In this document: positions 25,604-38,448 of the stretch, in pieces
Layout of the letters: each line of letters begins with the position of its first letter
Numbering within the stretch: position 1 is the stretch's first letter
From: Psammoneis japonica
Taxonomy: Eukaryota
Assembly: GCA_008632985.1 (NCBI GenBank)
Contig: QPGO01000051.1
Coordinates: 124,001 to 188,000, forward strand
Direction of reading: 5' to 3'
Length of the DNA stretch: 64,000 bases
The notes under the pieces: generated by a model
The model's database searches: none
Seen by the model: only the letters and a program-made list of their open reading frames with translations
What the model was told of the DNA's origin: nothing
Position numbers and translations under genes: made by a program

Positions 25604-27015
25604 CTATCTCCGTCCCTTGCGTCTACCTCCTTTCTTTTTGCCCGACCCCAATCTTGCCAAGGCTGCCATGGCTGCCTTGTCCACCACTGGTTTGACATCC
25701 ACATAGTATCCAAGCCCCTTTGGTCCGCTACGGAAAGCATAACCTTTCTTAGACCCCTTGAACTTTTTGGAGGCGATAAAGGATTCTTCGGTCTTCGGCT
25801 TTTCTTCCTTCTCTGTAGCAGACTTTTTCTTTTTCTTTGGTTCCTTCTCTTCCGCGGGAGACTTGTCCTGTTCCTTGTCCACCTTTTTCGATTCTTCTTT
25901 TTCCTTTTCCTTCTTTTGTTTCTTTTTCTTTGTGGATGTTTCCGTTCCACCGGTGCTCTCTTTTTGCTTCTGCTTCTTAAGTGCCTGAATCAGAGGACTC
26001 TTGGAAGCTTCCTGCTTTCTTTTCTTTTTGTTCTCAGTCGAGGTATTCTTCTTGGCTTCTTCAGTAGAAGTTTTAGTATCTTCTTCGAGAGGCTTCTCAT
26101 CCTTGAGCTCCAACAGTTCCAAGGGAGTCTTGCTGTATACAGGAAGGGACAGACTATCGGTGGTCTTGACTAATACGGAACGAATGTTGGACCACCTTTT
26201 CGGGATACGCTCTGCGGCATTACGTACAATGGCCTCTACGTTTTCCACCAACTTCTTTTGGTCCATACCAGTGTTTCCGGCGCTTTGGAAACAAAACAGT
26301 CATGGATTTGTTAAGAAAAAAATCAGAGAGTATGTATGGTGAGTATGCATGCCAACTGACAGACAGCACTTACCGAATCGTCAAACACGTTCCAGGAGAC
26401 ATGTACATGTAGGTCGCAGACAAGTTTCTAATGATCGTCAGTGGCAATGCTTCTTTTCGAGTCAATCGAATCGGGATGGGTTGTTTCTTGGTTTTGAAAA
26501 ATGTCTTTCCGAGACACTTGGCCAACATGGGGAGGATACGATCGTCCGCCATGAACACGTCAAAACGATGAAGCAGTTCTCGTTTTTGCTGAAATTGCTT
26601 ATACTTGGTTCTCAACGATTGTAGTCCCAGCACTTTTTGCACGTGCTTCATTTCCTTTGGGAATTTAGAAATCAACTCTTGCACCCACGGCTTGGACTCT
26701 TCCTTGACAATCAGACACACGGATGGTTCCTCGGTTTCGTCGGATAAATAAATTGAATGAGGAATCATGATACGAATCGGTTTGACCGAGGGATTTTCTG
26801 GGACTTTATCGAGTCCAATCTGAACTTGAACGTCGACATCGGAACCAAGCAACTGCTGCTTGTCGCTCGCTTCTGTTTTTTTATTGTGATGCTTGAGCAA
26901 GGCATCCATAGCTCGGTTCACCTGAGCAGAATCCACGCCATGTTCTGTACCGGGCTTTTTGACAATACTCTATCTTAGCAGCTCTGTCGTTGGCAGTAGC
27001 CGTCTCTGCCACCAT
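25604..27015 (-). CDS. RSL1D1: Ribosomal L1 domain-containing protein (RSL1D1/UTP30-like); intron 26283-26373
   Basis: KPIRIMIPH, VCLIVK, FDVFMADDRILPML..LGKTFF..KKQPIP, WSNIRSVLVKT..SLPVY, Lys-rich tail. The probable ATG at 27015 is out of frame (indel near 26970). Confidence 0.8.
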
Positions 27016-27347
27016 TTTCTATTATCAAATAGCAACAGAGCCGAGACCAAGAATGAAAACAGTTGTGTTTTCTTCTTGCGGTGGAGCAGAAAAAATGTGA
27101 GCGATGATGATGCATGGATGAGGCCGCGAGACTCATATCCCAAAATACAAAAGGGAATGTGGAATCCAAAGGTGTCATTTTTTGTTTTCGAAGATAGTCC
27201 TGTGCTTTCTGCGTTGCCTCAAAACTCGAGCCTCGCTCAATCAAACAAAATACAAGTTGCAAGCGACACAGTTTACTGGAGAAGACAGCTACAACAATAC
27301 TTACCGTTGCTTGCGGATTTCATACTATAGATCAGTCATAGACAGCA

Positions 27348-28509
27348 ATGGAGAGAAACGAAAAAGAAAACATGGGAGGCTACGATTCTGATCAAGAACC
27401 TCATCAGCCCAATCTCAGCTGGAGGATGAACCAAGAGGAGAGCCTGAGTGATTGGTGCATTCGCATCGCGTTCGTGGAAGAAGCGTCGGGAGAAAACATA
27501 TAGACGAATACCACGTGCACAAGAGTATACTAGCTGCTGGGGCCAGAAAGAGTGACTACTTTTGCTCGCTCTTCAAGAATAATTTTGCCTAGCAGCAAAC
27601 AGCGAAGAGTAACATTGATCTTCCAGAGCTCGTCGCCAAGGCGTTTCCTGCGTTTTTGGACTACATCTATGCTTGTGACGATGCGTTAGAGATTAACACG
27701 GAGAACGCAACGTCTCTTATCATCTATCTCAGTACTTTGGCGTGGAACGTTTGCGCTGGAAGGCCAAGCAATTCTGGACTGAAGATATGCGTAGTGGAAC
27801 ATGTGGCACATACATTGAACATGCAATAATCCTTAATGAACACAAGGTGACGGTGGCTGCGCTCGAAACTTGCTGTGCAAATATCCTGAAAATCGATACG
27901 TCATCCCGGTTGGTGCATGTCAACGACCCGGACGTTTGGTGCCCTTTGCTCAGGAGACACACACACTTTAGCTTCGACGTCAAGGCGATGCATCTTAGTG
28001 TATTACTCTCAGCTCTATTACGAAACGTGGATATGGACCCTGAAAACTTCAAACGCCTTACTTCAAAAGATCTCTTGCCGTTTTTGATTGTGACGCAGCT
28101 CTTCCGCTGTTGTACGCAGAGAAAAGAATCGTAGCCCGGCTGGAAATGAAGCGACCTGTTTACAGAAGCGTTGTGTTATTGGACTGGCTGCCACTTGGAC
28201 GTCCATGTCTTCAGAGAGATCGACCATATCAAGCGACATCACACAGCAATCCTTGTGGAAATCATTGCACATCTCACTGAGGAAAGAACTGGAATGAAGG
28301 AGCAGTTGGCAACTATGCAAGGAACTCCATCGCTTTCGCAGGGTCCCACGCCGATCTTCATGTGTTGATGGAGGATGACAGATCGATCGGATCTACCTCC
28401 GATACCATTCTTCGTGCGAAGTGAAGGGATGCAAATGCATCTCTTTAACGAAGTAGATGGGTCTTTCGAAAGAGATGCTCCGCTCTTCTACTACGACAAG
28501 CTCTATTGA
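27348..28509 (+). pseudogene. BTB/POZ-domain gene, disrupted
   Basis: LSWR...SLSDW, YHVHKSILAAG.RKSDYF, FPAFLDYIY, YFGVERL and terminal PLFYY motifs; frameshifts near 27500 and 27720; in-frame TAG near 27590. Confidence 0.8.
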
Positions 28510-28712
28510 GACTTCACTGTGATGCCAATTTGAGGCTGGATGGGTCTGTGAGCCAATTTGAAATTAGAAACACTTATATTGTAATCTTTAGTTTTTCTTG
28601 CTGCATTGAATCTGCTTTGTATTTCATTTGTTTCCGAGTTTGTAATACGGCCTTCCGAGACTCACGCTCGACCTGGAAACATCGTCAGCACCTCCACTGT
28701 CATTCCACGTAT

Positions 28713-31230
28713 CTACACACCAGAGCACAATGTAACAACTTTCAATTTCTCCTCGAGTTCTTCCTTTGCGTTATATTTTGGTAGATCAAGCCGGTTACAC
28801 CAAGACCTAAAGAACAAAGAAAACCGAGTGAGATGCGTGTCGGCACGTGCGACAAAACGGAGATTACAAGACAGGCTTCTTACTGAGCACGCGGATATCT
28901 AATGATGTCTGCGTCGACACCATGAATTGAAAATCTCTTTGTATTACCATCATTTCCTTGCAACATCGCAAAGCCACCCACAGGAACAGCAGCGGTGCCT
29001 AGAGCGAGAGGACGACGGAAAATTGATAGAACAGAATGATAGACGACGGAAAAATAATGGAACAGAAATGATATTAGAAGCATCATTGCCAACAGCTTCT
29101 GCCAAAAATTACATTTTGATCACAACTTACCAGTTGCAAATTGAAGCAACCGCGCCTTCATTTCCTCATCAAAGTTTTCTCGCACAATCTCCCAGAACCA
29201 AGTAACCGTCTCACAAGTTTTCTCTCTCCTTCGAAGAGGCCAGAGTATTCAGTGTTTACTTCCCAATCGTCCAAATCAATCGCGGGTAGACCGCATATCA
29301 ACAACTCGATTTCTCGAAAGTCGAAGACGGCCAGTGGAGCTTCAGGAATTACATCAAAGAAACCAAGCAGCACTTCTGTCAGTTGCCGCTCCACACAACC
29401 GAGCATGCGGTATTTTAGGTTGGCCTCCAGATATTGGACGAGATTGTCTTTTGTGACTTTCCGCTGGGCGCCGCCCTCAACTAGATCTATCTTGGTAGAG
29501 CACTTGCCAAGCATATTTTCAGGAATATGTGGTATATCGTCCATTTCAGTGAGTTTCTCGAGGGACCTGTACAAGTCGTTATCTTCGTGCTCCAGATCTT
29601 CAAATGTGACGGGGAACCCCAGGATGTGCTTGTAGATGTGCCTTGACAGATGACCCGAAAGTAGGCGTTGATCAAAAAGCGCCCGGCCCATCATTCGTCC
29701 AAGGAAACGGAAGTAGACCAAGTGGTCTTTCCCGCAAGCTACATCTGGAGATGATCATGTTTTCCATACAAATACTCGTGTAAGGCCTTCGTAGCATTAA
29801 TCTCAGAAGCCAGCACGGAATCAATCAACAGCATATTACTTACTGCTCTCAGGATTGATAGCCATGCTCACTTGATTTTGAGGGAGCCAAAGCCCTATCT
29901 CTGGATCAAAGATTTGTTCGCTGACAAGTTGGAACCATTCTTGAGCAAGACCAGTGGTTTCAACACTGGGCTCGTCCAGAAAGTCAATGCGCCACACTTT
30001 GCGCATGTCTTCTCTACCTAACGCCATTACGGCTTCAACAGAATCTTGAAGCAAGTTTCGTCGCCGAACACATATCTTTACAAGCCCCACTTCCCAATCT
30101 ACCGTCAATCTTGAGCATATGCCTCGGAACCAGCTAGCCTTGGCATCCAGCGTCTTTCCCTGAACCGACGCAATGTCAGAATAGGACACGGCCACTCGAT
30201 TATTTGCCACCAGCTTACTCTCTGCGACTGCTTCAGAAGCCGGACAGAATTCAATCGTACCAGTTCGCATACGAGCGTCGTTGCCTTCCAACAAGTTCAG
30301 TTTTCTCACATAGCCTGCCTTTTTGAAAGAAAAATTTTCGTCAAAGGCAACAGGATTGCTCTCATCACTTCCGTGGCCTACCCAGACCCATTGGAATTTT
30401 AGGTTATCGACTCGCAACATTCGGCACCAACCACCCCTATCCCCGCCATACGAGAGGCGTACTCCGGCAGCGGCTTCCTGGTTGATCGGAAGCTGGAACC
30501 GAATCTTTTGCCCCGGAACTGCATAGGCCGGGCACTTCAACAACACTCGCTGGCCATTTGCGGAGAGCGAGAAGTGCTGGTTGGGACGAACCTCTGGTGG
30601 AATGGAAACTTCAAAGACTTGGGTGTTTGGAGCTGCCGAGGCTGAATCTTGTCTGGTGGGAGGAACAATACGAACTTTCATGTTAGGGCCTGCATTATCG
30701 GGGCAGGTCACAGTAAATCGCTTTCCTTCGAGCATTACGGTAAATTGCATGCCAGGATAAGTATCTGCTGGAATCGTAACAAGAAAGGTTCGTGGTGTCT
30801 CTCCTTTTTCTGCAGCCGCGGTATTCAAATTTGCCACCTCCTCTGTCATCTTCACCGCACCTCCTTCACCATCTCCTTTGGGATCCGTGAGTGGAGCCAT
30901 GCTCATAAGAGTCGTCTGAAATGTGACTGGATCACGAGGGAGCGTGATTTGGAGCGACTCGCCGGAATGAACGTTTGCTGGGCATCGAACCCTTACTCTA
31001 CAAGACCCTGCATGCACAGAGAACTCTGATCCAGGTTCCACCCCTGATGGAACTGTGACCTTGAATATATTTGCCGGGCCACCAGGAGCCCGACTCACGA
31101 CATATGCACCAGGACGAGTCGTTGTTTCGAGTTCCGATTCCACATTCGATTCTTGAGAAGATGGGGTAGAGGCTCCCTCATCAGATGCGCCAATCGAGGT
31201 TGTATCTTCTACTGTTGTAGGAGTATCCAT
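28713..31230 (-). CDS. HECT-type E3 ubiquitin ligase (NEDD4-like), multi-exon, divergent or possibly pseudogenised
   Basis: VRRRNLLQDS, EWFQLVSEQIFDP, YFRFLGRMMGRALFD, ELLICGLPAIDLDDW, VPVGGFAMLQG. The last exon reads PRAQSWCNRLDLP. Confidence 0.8.
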
Positions 31231-31698
31231 GTTCTGACTACGGCAAGCCTGAAGTTAGAACTGATTTTAAGTGTATACCAACTTATTCTCCGGATCAAGC
31301 TACTTTGAACACACCGCCGCTTGCGCCATTTGCCATTTTGGCCATTGGCCAAATATTTCAGTCCCGCACGTTTCAGATTTTCGAATGCGCCAAGAGCCAA
31401 GTAAGAGGGTGGCAGTGGAGCGCTCTTCTCTTATCGATTCTTTCATGCTAGACTATCTGAAGATGCCCGATGGACAGCATTGAACAGAGAAGTGCAAAAC
31501 AAAACGTGATAGTTGCAAAAACAGGACGTGGGATACAAGTTACCGTTTAAAGAAATGTCATACAGTATGAATATGATTATAGAGACGCCATCTCTTTACT
31601 CTTCATGATCTGTCGAGTATTCTGGGATAAATACTCTATTTGAACAATTCTACAAAAGATATGGCCAATCTATTCATCGCCTCGAGCCCAAGACATGC

Positions 31699-32898
31699 TC
31701 ACTCATGGAACAAATCGACTACCGCTTCATCTGCGGCGGACAATTTTTCTTTTGCCTCCTGTGGTATACCAAAGAAAGTGAGAGTGTTTGGATCTTGCAA
31801 AATAACACTGTATGTGGCCTCCAACGAATCACTAGTGGCCGCAATTTGAAAAGGAAAGAGTCGACAAGACACATCCCGTGTGGCAATAGCTCGGGGCATG
31901 GCTTTAAAGATAGAACGCCAGGGCCAACCGTGTTCCAGAGCCAAATGCAGCGGCAAACGACCGCCTTGGATGCGTCTTTGCGCCGACTCGGGATGCATGG
32001 ACACGACGATATCCATAATTTCCTGCTTGGTTTCCGTCGTGAGATGAACGTGAAGCTTATTCTGAAGCAAAATATCGAGAGGATAGCATCCTTGACTGTC
32101 ACTGCGAGTAAAGCATTCAGGTTGCTCGCGAGCGAGACGTTTCAGAGCAGGCACAACTCTCATCCCGTCCCCAAGAGCACGTTGCAGGACAATCTTGAGG
32201 TCTTGAGAAAGGATCCGCCTGAGTAAGAAATGCGCTGGGCAATCCTTATTTTCATCGTCTCCAGCCGAAATGTACATCAGGAGCTTTCTCCAAACAGCGC
32301 TATTGCTTTCCAAATCGATTGTATGCCTGTAATGTTTTCGTACCAAGACTTCGTCGAGAGGACTGCAATGATAGTGCTTGCTCTTGCACGTTGATCCTTC
32401 TGGATAGATGCTTAAAAACATCTTCACGTGCTGAGATGTGCAATGGGAATGATTCATAAATCGTAGCGGATTCTCGAAATCTTCGCCTTGATTTTCTTGT
32501 TGCATGTAACTTAGCTGTTCTTGCAAAAGCAGCTGCAGTACATTGGGAGACTGAGACGGCGTGGTAATACACGTTGCAGTCATCAAAGGCGTGCACTTTT
32601 CTTCTAGACCCCAATGCCCCTTTAAAACAGCGGGACAAGCCCGAATCAGAGCTCGCACCGCATGAGTCGGCGGCCGATGAAAAAGCAACACCAACACCAG
32701 CACGGGACAACTCGAATACATGGAGTGACGACGAAAGACATTCTCGCCAAATTGATCGAACTGAACTTCAGGCGGGTGAGATTGGGCACGCTCGATGACC
32801 GCGTTCCAATCGCACTGAGCATTTCGAATCAAATAAGGAATTGATCCGACTTCAGGACTGTATCCTTCCTCGTCTTGAAGAACAGCGATATGATTCAT
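31699..32898 (-). CDS. Ankyrin-like repeat hypothetical protein (diatom-expanded family)
   Basis: GRLPLHLAL, TRD...LFPFQIAA, YSVILQDP and TPLMTA motifs. Confidence 0.7.
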   Translation of the reverse strand: MNHIAVLQDEEGYSPEVGSIPYLIRNAQCDWNAVIERAQSHPPEVQFDQFGENVFRRHSMYSSCPVLVLVLLFHRPPTHAVRALIRACPAVLKGHWGLEEKCTPLMTATCITTPSQSPNVLQLLLQEQLSYMQQENQGEDFENPLRFMNHSHCTSQHVKMFLSIYPEGSTCKSKHYHCSPLDEVLVRKHYRHTIDLESNSAVWRKLLMYISAGDDENKDCPAHFLLRRILSQDLKIVLQRALGDGMRVVPALKRLAREQPECFTRSDSQGCYPLDILLQNKLHVHLTTETKQEIMDIVVSMHPESAQRRIQGGRLPLHLALEHGWPWRSIFKAMPRAIATRDVSCRLFPFQIAATSDSLEATYSVILQDPNTLTFFGIPQEAKEKLSAADEAVVDLFHE

Positions 32899-33389
32899 CT
32901 TCCTTATGGTAATTCTACGAAAAGAGTGTTACTGATGCAATAGACCGTCTCTTTTGACAGTCGTATCATTGTCGGCGGCAGAGAAAATGCCGTTGATGTC
33001 AGCAGAGTTAGACCTACCGAGCATATGGATACGTAGACACGACGTCCTATCTACCGACTTGAGAAAAAATGAGGCGACAGCTGTTTTTGGCTTTTGGTGT
33101 TCTTTTGGCGGGAACTTTCGAAATAAATATTTGTCTCTGTAGCCGTAGATGATCAATTCAACGATACAGCATGTCATACTGACAATCTTATGTAGCCTCC
33201 ACGTACGTACCGCTCCTACAGTAAGAGTGAACTCACCAAATCTACATACAGTGTCCAACACGAGCGGTCTGTCCAACATCAACCAAAGGTGTGCGTGGAC
33301 GGGGCGGGGAGAGGACCTTCGAGAGGACCAACATTACGAGCACAAGTGAGAGATGAAACTTTTTCTCTCAAACGTAATTCGATAACTGT

Positions 33390-36300
33390 TGCAATTGCAA
33401 CACTTTCTGGAGATGCGTGTGCCATCTTAATTGTGCAAAATGCAATGTTGAAAACCAACCGAGATGAGTGCAAAACATTTGCAAGGCTGACGTGCATTGT
33501 TCTTTCCAAACGAAAAAGCCTTTGCTGTGCAAGAAAACAAATTTACCTGCATCCAGGAACAAGCTCAAGTTCTCCTGCAATTGTTCATCAATGTGCAACA
33601 CAGAGCCAGACTGGAGAGCACTGTGCACTGGACGTTCAGTGCTGGAATAAATTTGACAGCGCCTTCAGTGCCGCTGCACACCGGCCAAGTCCAAAAACTG
33701 CATCTGGCACTCTGCATGAAGAGCTGGTGCCACATGGCTTGCTCCTTCATCAAGTGCTTTGTGACATTCATCACAAAGCTCAAATCCAAGAAAAAATTCT
33801 CCCTCGCAGTGCAACTCACAGAGTCCATCGCCATCTGCCGTGTCCTGTGTTTTGGGGTGGTGCAAAGCATCGGGGAACTCAACCCAGACACAAAATTCAA
33901 CCGGAGATTTCCACATGATTCCCTTGCATGTCAAACAGTTCAAATGATTTGGCACTTCTCTCAGGCTTTGACCAAAATGTTGTTTGCAAAACGAAGAGAA
34001 ATGGCTCGGGCTGCCGGGATCAACAAGTGTTGCCACCTTGTTGTCGGACTTTCGGAGAATTGAAAGCACAAGTGCATTGCTTGGCATGTCATGCATCTTG
34101 TCAGATGCTTTTCTCAGAATTGGGCTTGAAACAAACTTGCACAGTGTTCACAAATGTGGTGCCTTGTGGTTGCAACTGGCATCTCCGCAACTGCACATTG
34201 TCTTCATCCAAGGAGAGTCACCATCAGGCCTGTGGCAGTTTGCGTTTGTGGCAAGACTTTCATCCAACTTCACACATCGAGCAAAAGGCTGATGCTTTCC
34301 ATCATCTGTGACCTCCATCAGCTTTGGCATTTCACACAAGAGACACTGCTCCTCATTGCCAAGTCTTCTGCTCACCTGTTTGTCACAATGTGGAAGGGAG
34401 AGGTGTGTTTCGCATGGCTTCTGGGTGACCACACTGCAGCAGAATGGGCGACAGTCGTCAATGTCTAACGAGGAAGCATGAGGCCACCTTGCCTCTGTGC
34501 AAGCCTTCCAGAGCTGTGAATCACGTCTGAAGGACATCCACTCACTGCAGACAGACACCACGCGTCCAAGGTTGAGTGGGTTGAGAAACGACAGAATGCC
34601 ATGGTCCTCATCAAGAAGGATGTGTCCTTGTTCAACAATGCCACCTTTGCGACATCTTGATCTGACTCATGCCCCACAGTTCTTTGACCTGCCGTTCTGC
34701 CTCCTTGAGAGCCTGCTCTGCCTCTGTCAAAGCACATGACAAAGCATGTCTTTCTTGCAAGAGCTGCTCACCAGGACGAGCAGCCCTGCTTTGATGTGAC
34801 TTTCATCTTGACCATGATGTCAGCACATCGGAACCACCTTCCAGGGCAATCCTTTTCATTCTGACAACCGGCTTTGACTTGCGTCATTGCAACATCTGTG
34901 CTTGCTTTCTCCCACAAAGAAGCCGATCCACACAAAATGGAATGAGTTGTGATGCTTTGAACAGAAATGCTGGTGTGAGTCAACTCATTTCAGTGCTGCC
35001 CATTCTTGAATTTCAGTCCCGCGTGAGTGGCATGGGACTCACCAACTCAAAAGATGTGAGGAACCTTTGACTTTCTGTCCCAACGCCTTCTTTCTCACAA
35101 AAGCTGTGCATGTTCATTTGAGTGGCCTTGTTGGTTTGAGCAACTGAACAACCGTTGATGATGGCGGCAGGATTGTTGAATGTAAATCGCCAAAGAAATG
35201 CATGGTCTCCGCCATCACGCTGCGACCGTGTCACTCACAATTGGACGACATTGGCTGTTGGTCCATGCCAAGCCATTGTCAAGTTCTTGAACAAAAGGGA
35301 GAATGGGGTGAGAGCAAAGGGCAAGCCACACTCGTGGTGACGATGACTCCTTGACAACTGCAAGTTTAACATTTTTCTGCAATGAATTGGTTGAGATGGC
35401 AAAATCAATTTTTTTGCTTCACTGTCCTCAATTGAGTTCTGAATCCAAAACCCCAACATTGACTTGATGCTTGCTTTGAAGATGTTCTCATCTGTCTGAA
35501 CAACTGATCACACCTCTCCTCTTTCGAGCGAGAGAATGAGCGCTTTCGCTTCATTCTGTCTTCAGTTTTGTGGAGTTCAAAGTTGATGGCGTGTGATCTC
35601 GCGCACGTGTGCGCGGTTGTTGGACTGTGCAGGCGTGTGCACGTGTGTGAGGTGTGAGCAGAACACATGCAGAATTGCTGCTGAGTGATTGACATGCCGT
35701 GGATTTTCCACCGGTGCACAATCTACGTGGTCTGCGTGGAAGACATGTTTGTGCTCATCTCTGAGGCTTTCACATGTCATTGAATTTTGTTGAGCCTTTG
35801 GAACATGCATGCCCGAATTCAAAAGTCTCGCAGAACAACCCAAAAGAACTCTGGAATCTGGATAAAAAAAATTCCATTTGACGGTCCGAACAGGGTTGTC
35901 ATGAAGCGCTTCTCAAAATGTCTTTAGATTGCAGCAGCAAAAAACCGAATTGAGTCCTTGTTTTTGCCACATGTTGAATCGCCAATGGTTGCCTCATGTT
36001 GGCCTAAAACTGACCATTTCTTTCCATTTCCCAGCTTTTCATCATCTCTGAACAAGTTCTTTGATGACAGTTGGTTGTGGAAAGGGCTTGGGATTGGCTT
36101 GATCTTGCTTCAAAAGTTGCACCTTTTTCGCGCAATGACTCAATTCGGCACCCCTGTAAATTTCTGCGTGTCAAGCACCAGAAGAAATTCAACAAATCTC
36201 CGAAACGATCAACACACGGAGGAGTGATGACACGTGACGCACGTGTCTTGATAAAAAAATTGCACGAGAATTGTTGAATCTCGTTTTCGCTTCAAAAAAT

Positions 36301-37490
36301 GCAGACGACCATGTTCGACGGCAACGGGAAGCCGGAGAGAAAACTGAAACACCCAAATCCAAACACATGGTCAGAAGCAGCAGCGATTGAAGATTGTCAC
36401 AGCAACAAAAGCTGTTTGATTGCTTGTTTTTTCCATCATTTTATCGATCGATTCAACACATGGGTCGGATGAGGACTCAGCTCAGTTGCAAGGGCTCAAC
36501 TCGGTTTTTTGCTGGTGTGCAGTGAAACAGCGACCACAGGCAAATCAGAAGGACTGTCGGCAAAATGGCTCCCCATCCTTGCGTGCAACAGCAACGCCCC
36601 ACACACCATGGCGAGCAACGCAACTCGAGCGCTGTTCTCTGACCCACTCGCCTGCAGTGCCGGCATTTCCAGATGCGGTCAAATCGATCGGACAACATTT
36701 GTGCACTGTGTTCATGGGTGAAGCTGGATTTCTTCTCACTGCTTGTTGTCGCGTCATTGTTTTACAACGTTTTGACCCACGCCATGTTTTTTGCTTTGTT
36801 GCTTCTGCTCGCAGCGCGCCACCAACAGCTTTTCCTGCAGGGTGTGGCCAGGGACACACGGCATTTTGTCGCATTTGGTGACATTTTCTTAAAAATGAAT
36901 TGATGATTTGTCGCGAAAAGACGCGAATTGCGACAAAATGTCCGGGTTGGCGACAAACGGGACAGAAACATTGTTTGATTAAGTTGCAAAATGATTGATG
37001 TCATCATTTGCAAACAACCTGAACGTTTGGCGATGTCGTTTCAACAAGTGGGGCAATTGACAGAATTTGGCGATCGACGTCATCGACGAAAATTCATCCG
37101 ACAAAATTTGTCGTGCACGAGGCCAACAAATTTTGTCGGGACACGACAAGACACGACACGACACGACAAGACACGACAAGACACGACACGACACGTCACG
37201 TCACGACGACTCACGAACGAAACACCTGCGCCCCCCGCACACGCCAACCGACCGCTGACGTCTCCTTTGACACTGCCGGCACTGTGTCTCTTTTGCACGA
37301 TGATGCAAAGCGACGAACATGCCGCTCTCGGCGGTCTCCATGCTCTCGTCAATGCCGGGACAACATCGTACGCTTCTACACAGTGCAACGGAATGTGCCG
37401 GTGTGCATTGCTGCACTGTACCTTTCATCAGCACGACTGGGCACTTCTGAATGTTGGGGAGCGTTGCGTCATCGGCATGTCGCAAACGTC
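33390..37490. other. TpA-depleted hypermutated domain 2
   Basis: About 20 TA by eye in ~4.1 kb; extends into the inner two-thirds of MITE copy B. Confidence 0.9.
33660..34740 (-). pseudogene. F-box protein relic inside the hypermutated domain
   Basis: ...GRVVSVCSEWMSFRRDSQLWKACTEARWP (F-box-like C-terminal signature), then LVLSILRKSDNKVATL; frameshifted and Tyr-free. Confidence 0.6.
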
Positions 37491-37951
37491 CGTCTGTCGG
37501 CGTTTGTCGGCTCTTGTCGGCGTTTGTCGTACGTTGTCGGGGTTTGTCGGGGCTTGTCGGGGTTTGTCGGGGCTTGTCGGGGTTTGTCGGGGTTTGTCGG
37601 GGTTTGTCGGATACGACAAAATTTGTCGTACATCCGACAAAATTTGTCGTACGTCCGACAAAATTTGTCGTATCCGACAAAATTTGTCCTATCCGACAAA
37701 ATTTGTCGTACGTACGACAAAATCGCCAAAACATTAATTAATAAGTACAGTCTTCGCCGAAAGTTAAATTCATCATATAGCACTGTAGTTGATATAACGT
37801 CTGTGTTTAGGACACGCCATCGCCAATTAAATGATGATTTTGTCTTATTTGTCGCCAACGGTTGAAATTTGTCTCAAAGGGCGTTTTTCACGACAAATCG
37901 TCCAATTCATTTATGGGAATGTCACAATTGGCGACAAAATGCCGTGTGTCC
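36852..37951. mobile_element. MITE copy B (inverted relative to copy A), TpA-mutated in its inner part
   Basis: Same TIRs; CAG TSD at 36849-36851 and 37952-37954; colinear with the reverse complement of 6152-7264. Confidence 0.88.
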
Positions 37952-38045
37952 CAGTTGCACGGCTGCATCGAACCCAAACGTGCGCGACCAACTAGCCCCA
38001 TACCCCGGCTATCTCATGCTAGCTAGGCTCGTAGAAATCCATTAA

Positions 38046-38448
38046 GGGGGACCGCCGACCTATTTTTTCCGCGTTTATCCTAAAATTAGCAATGTGTTTG
38101 AATACGTTTATTTATAATTATTAATTTTAAATACAAGAATTGTTCGATCGCCCACGAAAACGAGAACATCAGGCACCGCGATCGAAGCACGACGATGACG
38201 GCAATTACGCTATCTCTCAAAATTGGCCCAGTGGCACGAGGGACGAAAGCATATAAATCAATCTGCACTATATGACGATAATAAAACCAATGAGTATCCC
38301 TCGTGAGGTGATACTTTGCAACTCACCGCTCGTCGCGAACATCATCATTGTCGCTCGTGCTTTTGTCGTGTTATTTTCTGTCGCGACCCGTCAAAAACGC
38401 GTAAAAACCCGGAAAAGACGTGCGAAAAAAATAAGCCGACGGCCCGCC
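38046..38448. mobile_element. Kolobok-like non-autonomous element (~400 bp)
   Basis: TTAA on both flanks (38042-38045, 38449-38452); imperfect TIR GGGGGACCGCCGACCTATTTTTTCCGCG versus GGCGGGCCGTCGGCTTATTTTTTTCGCA (21/28); RR..YY termini. Confidence 0.6.
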
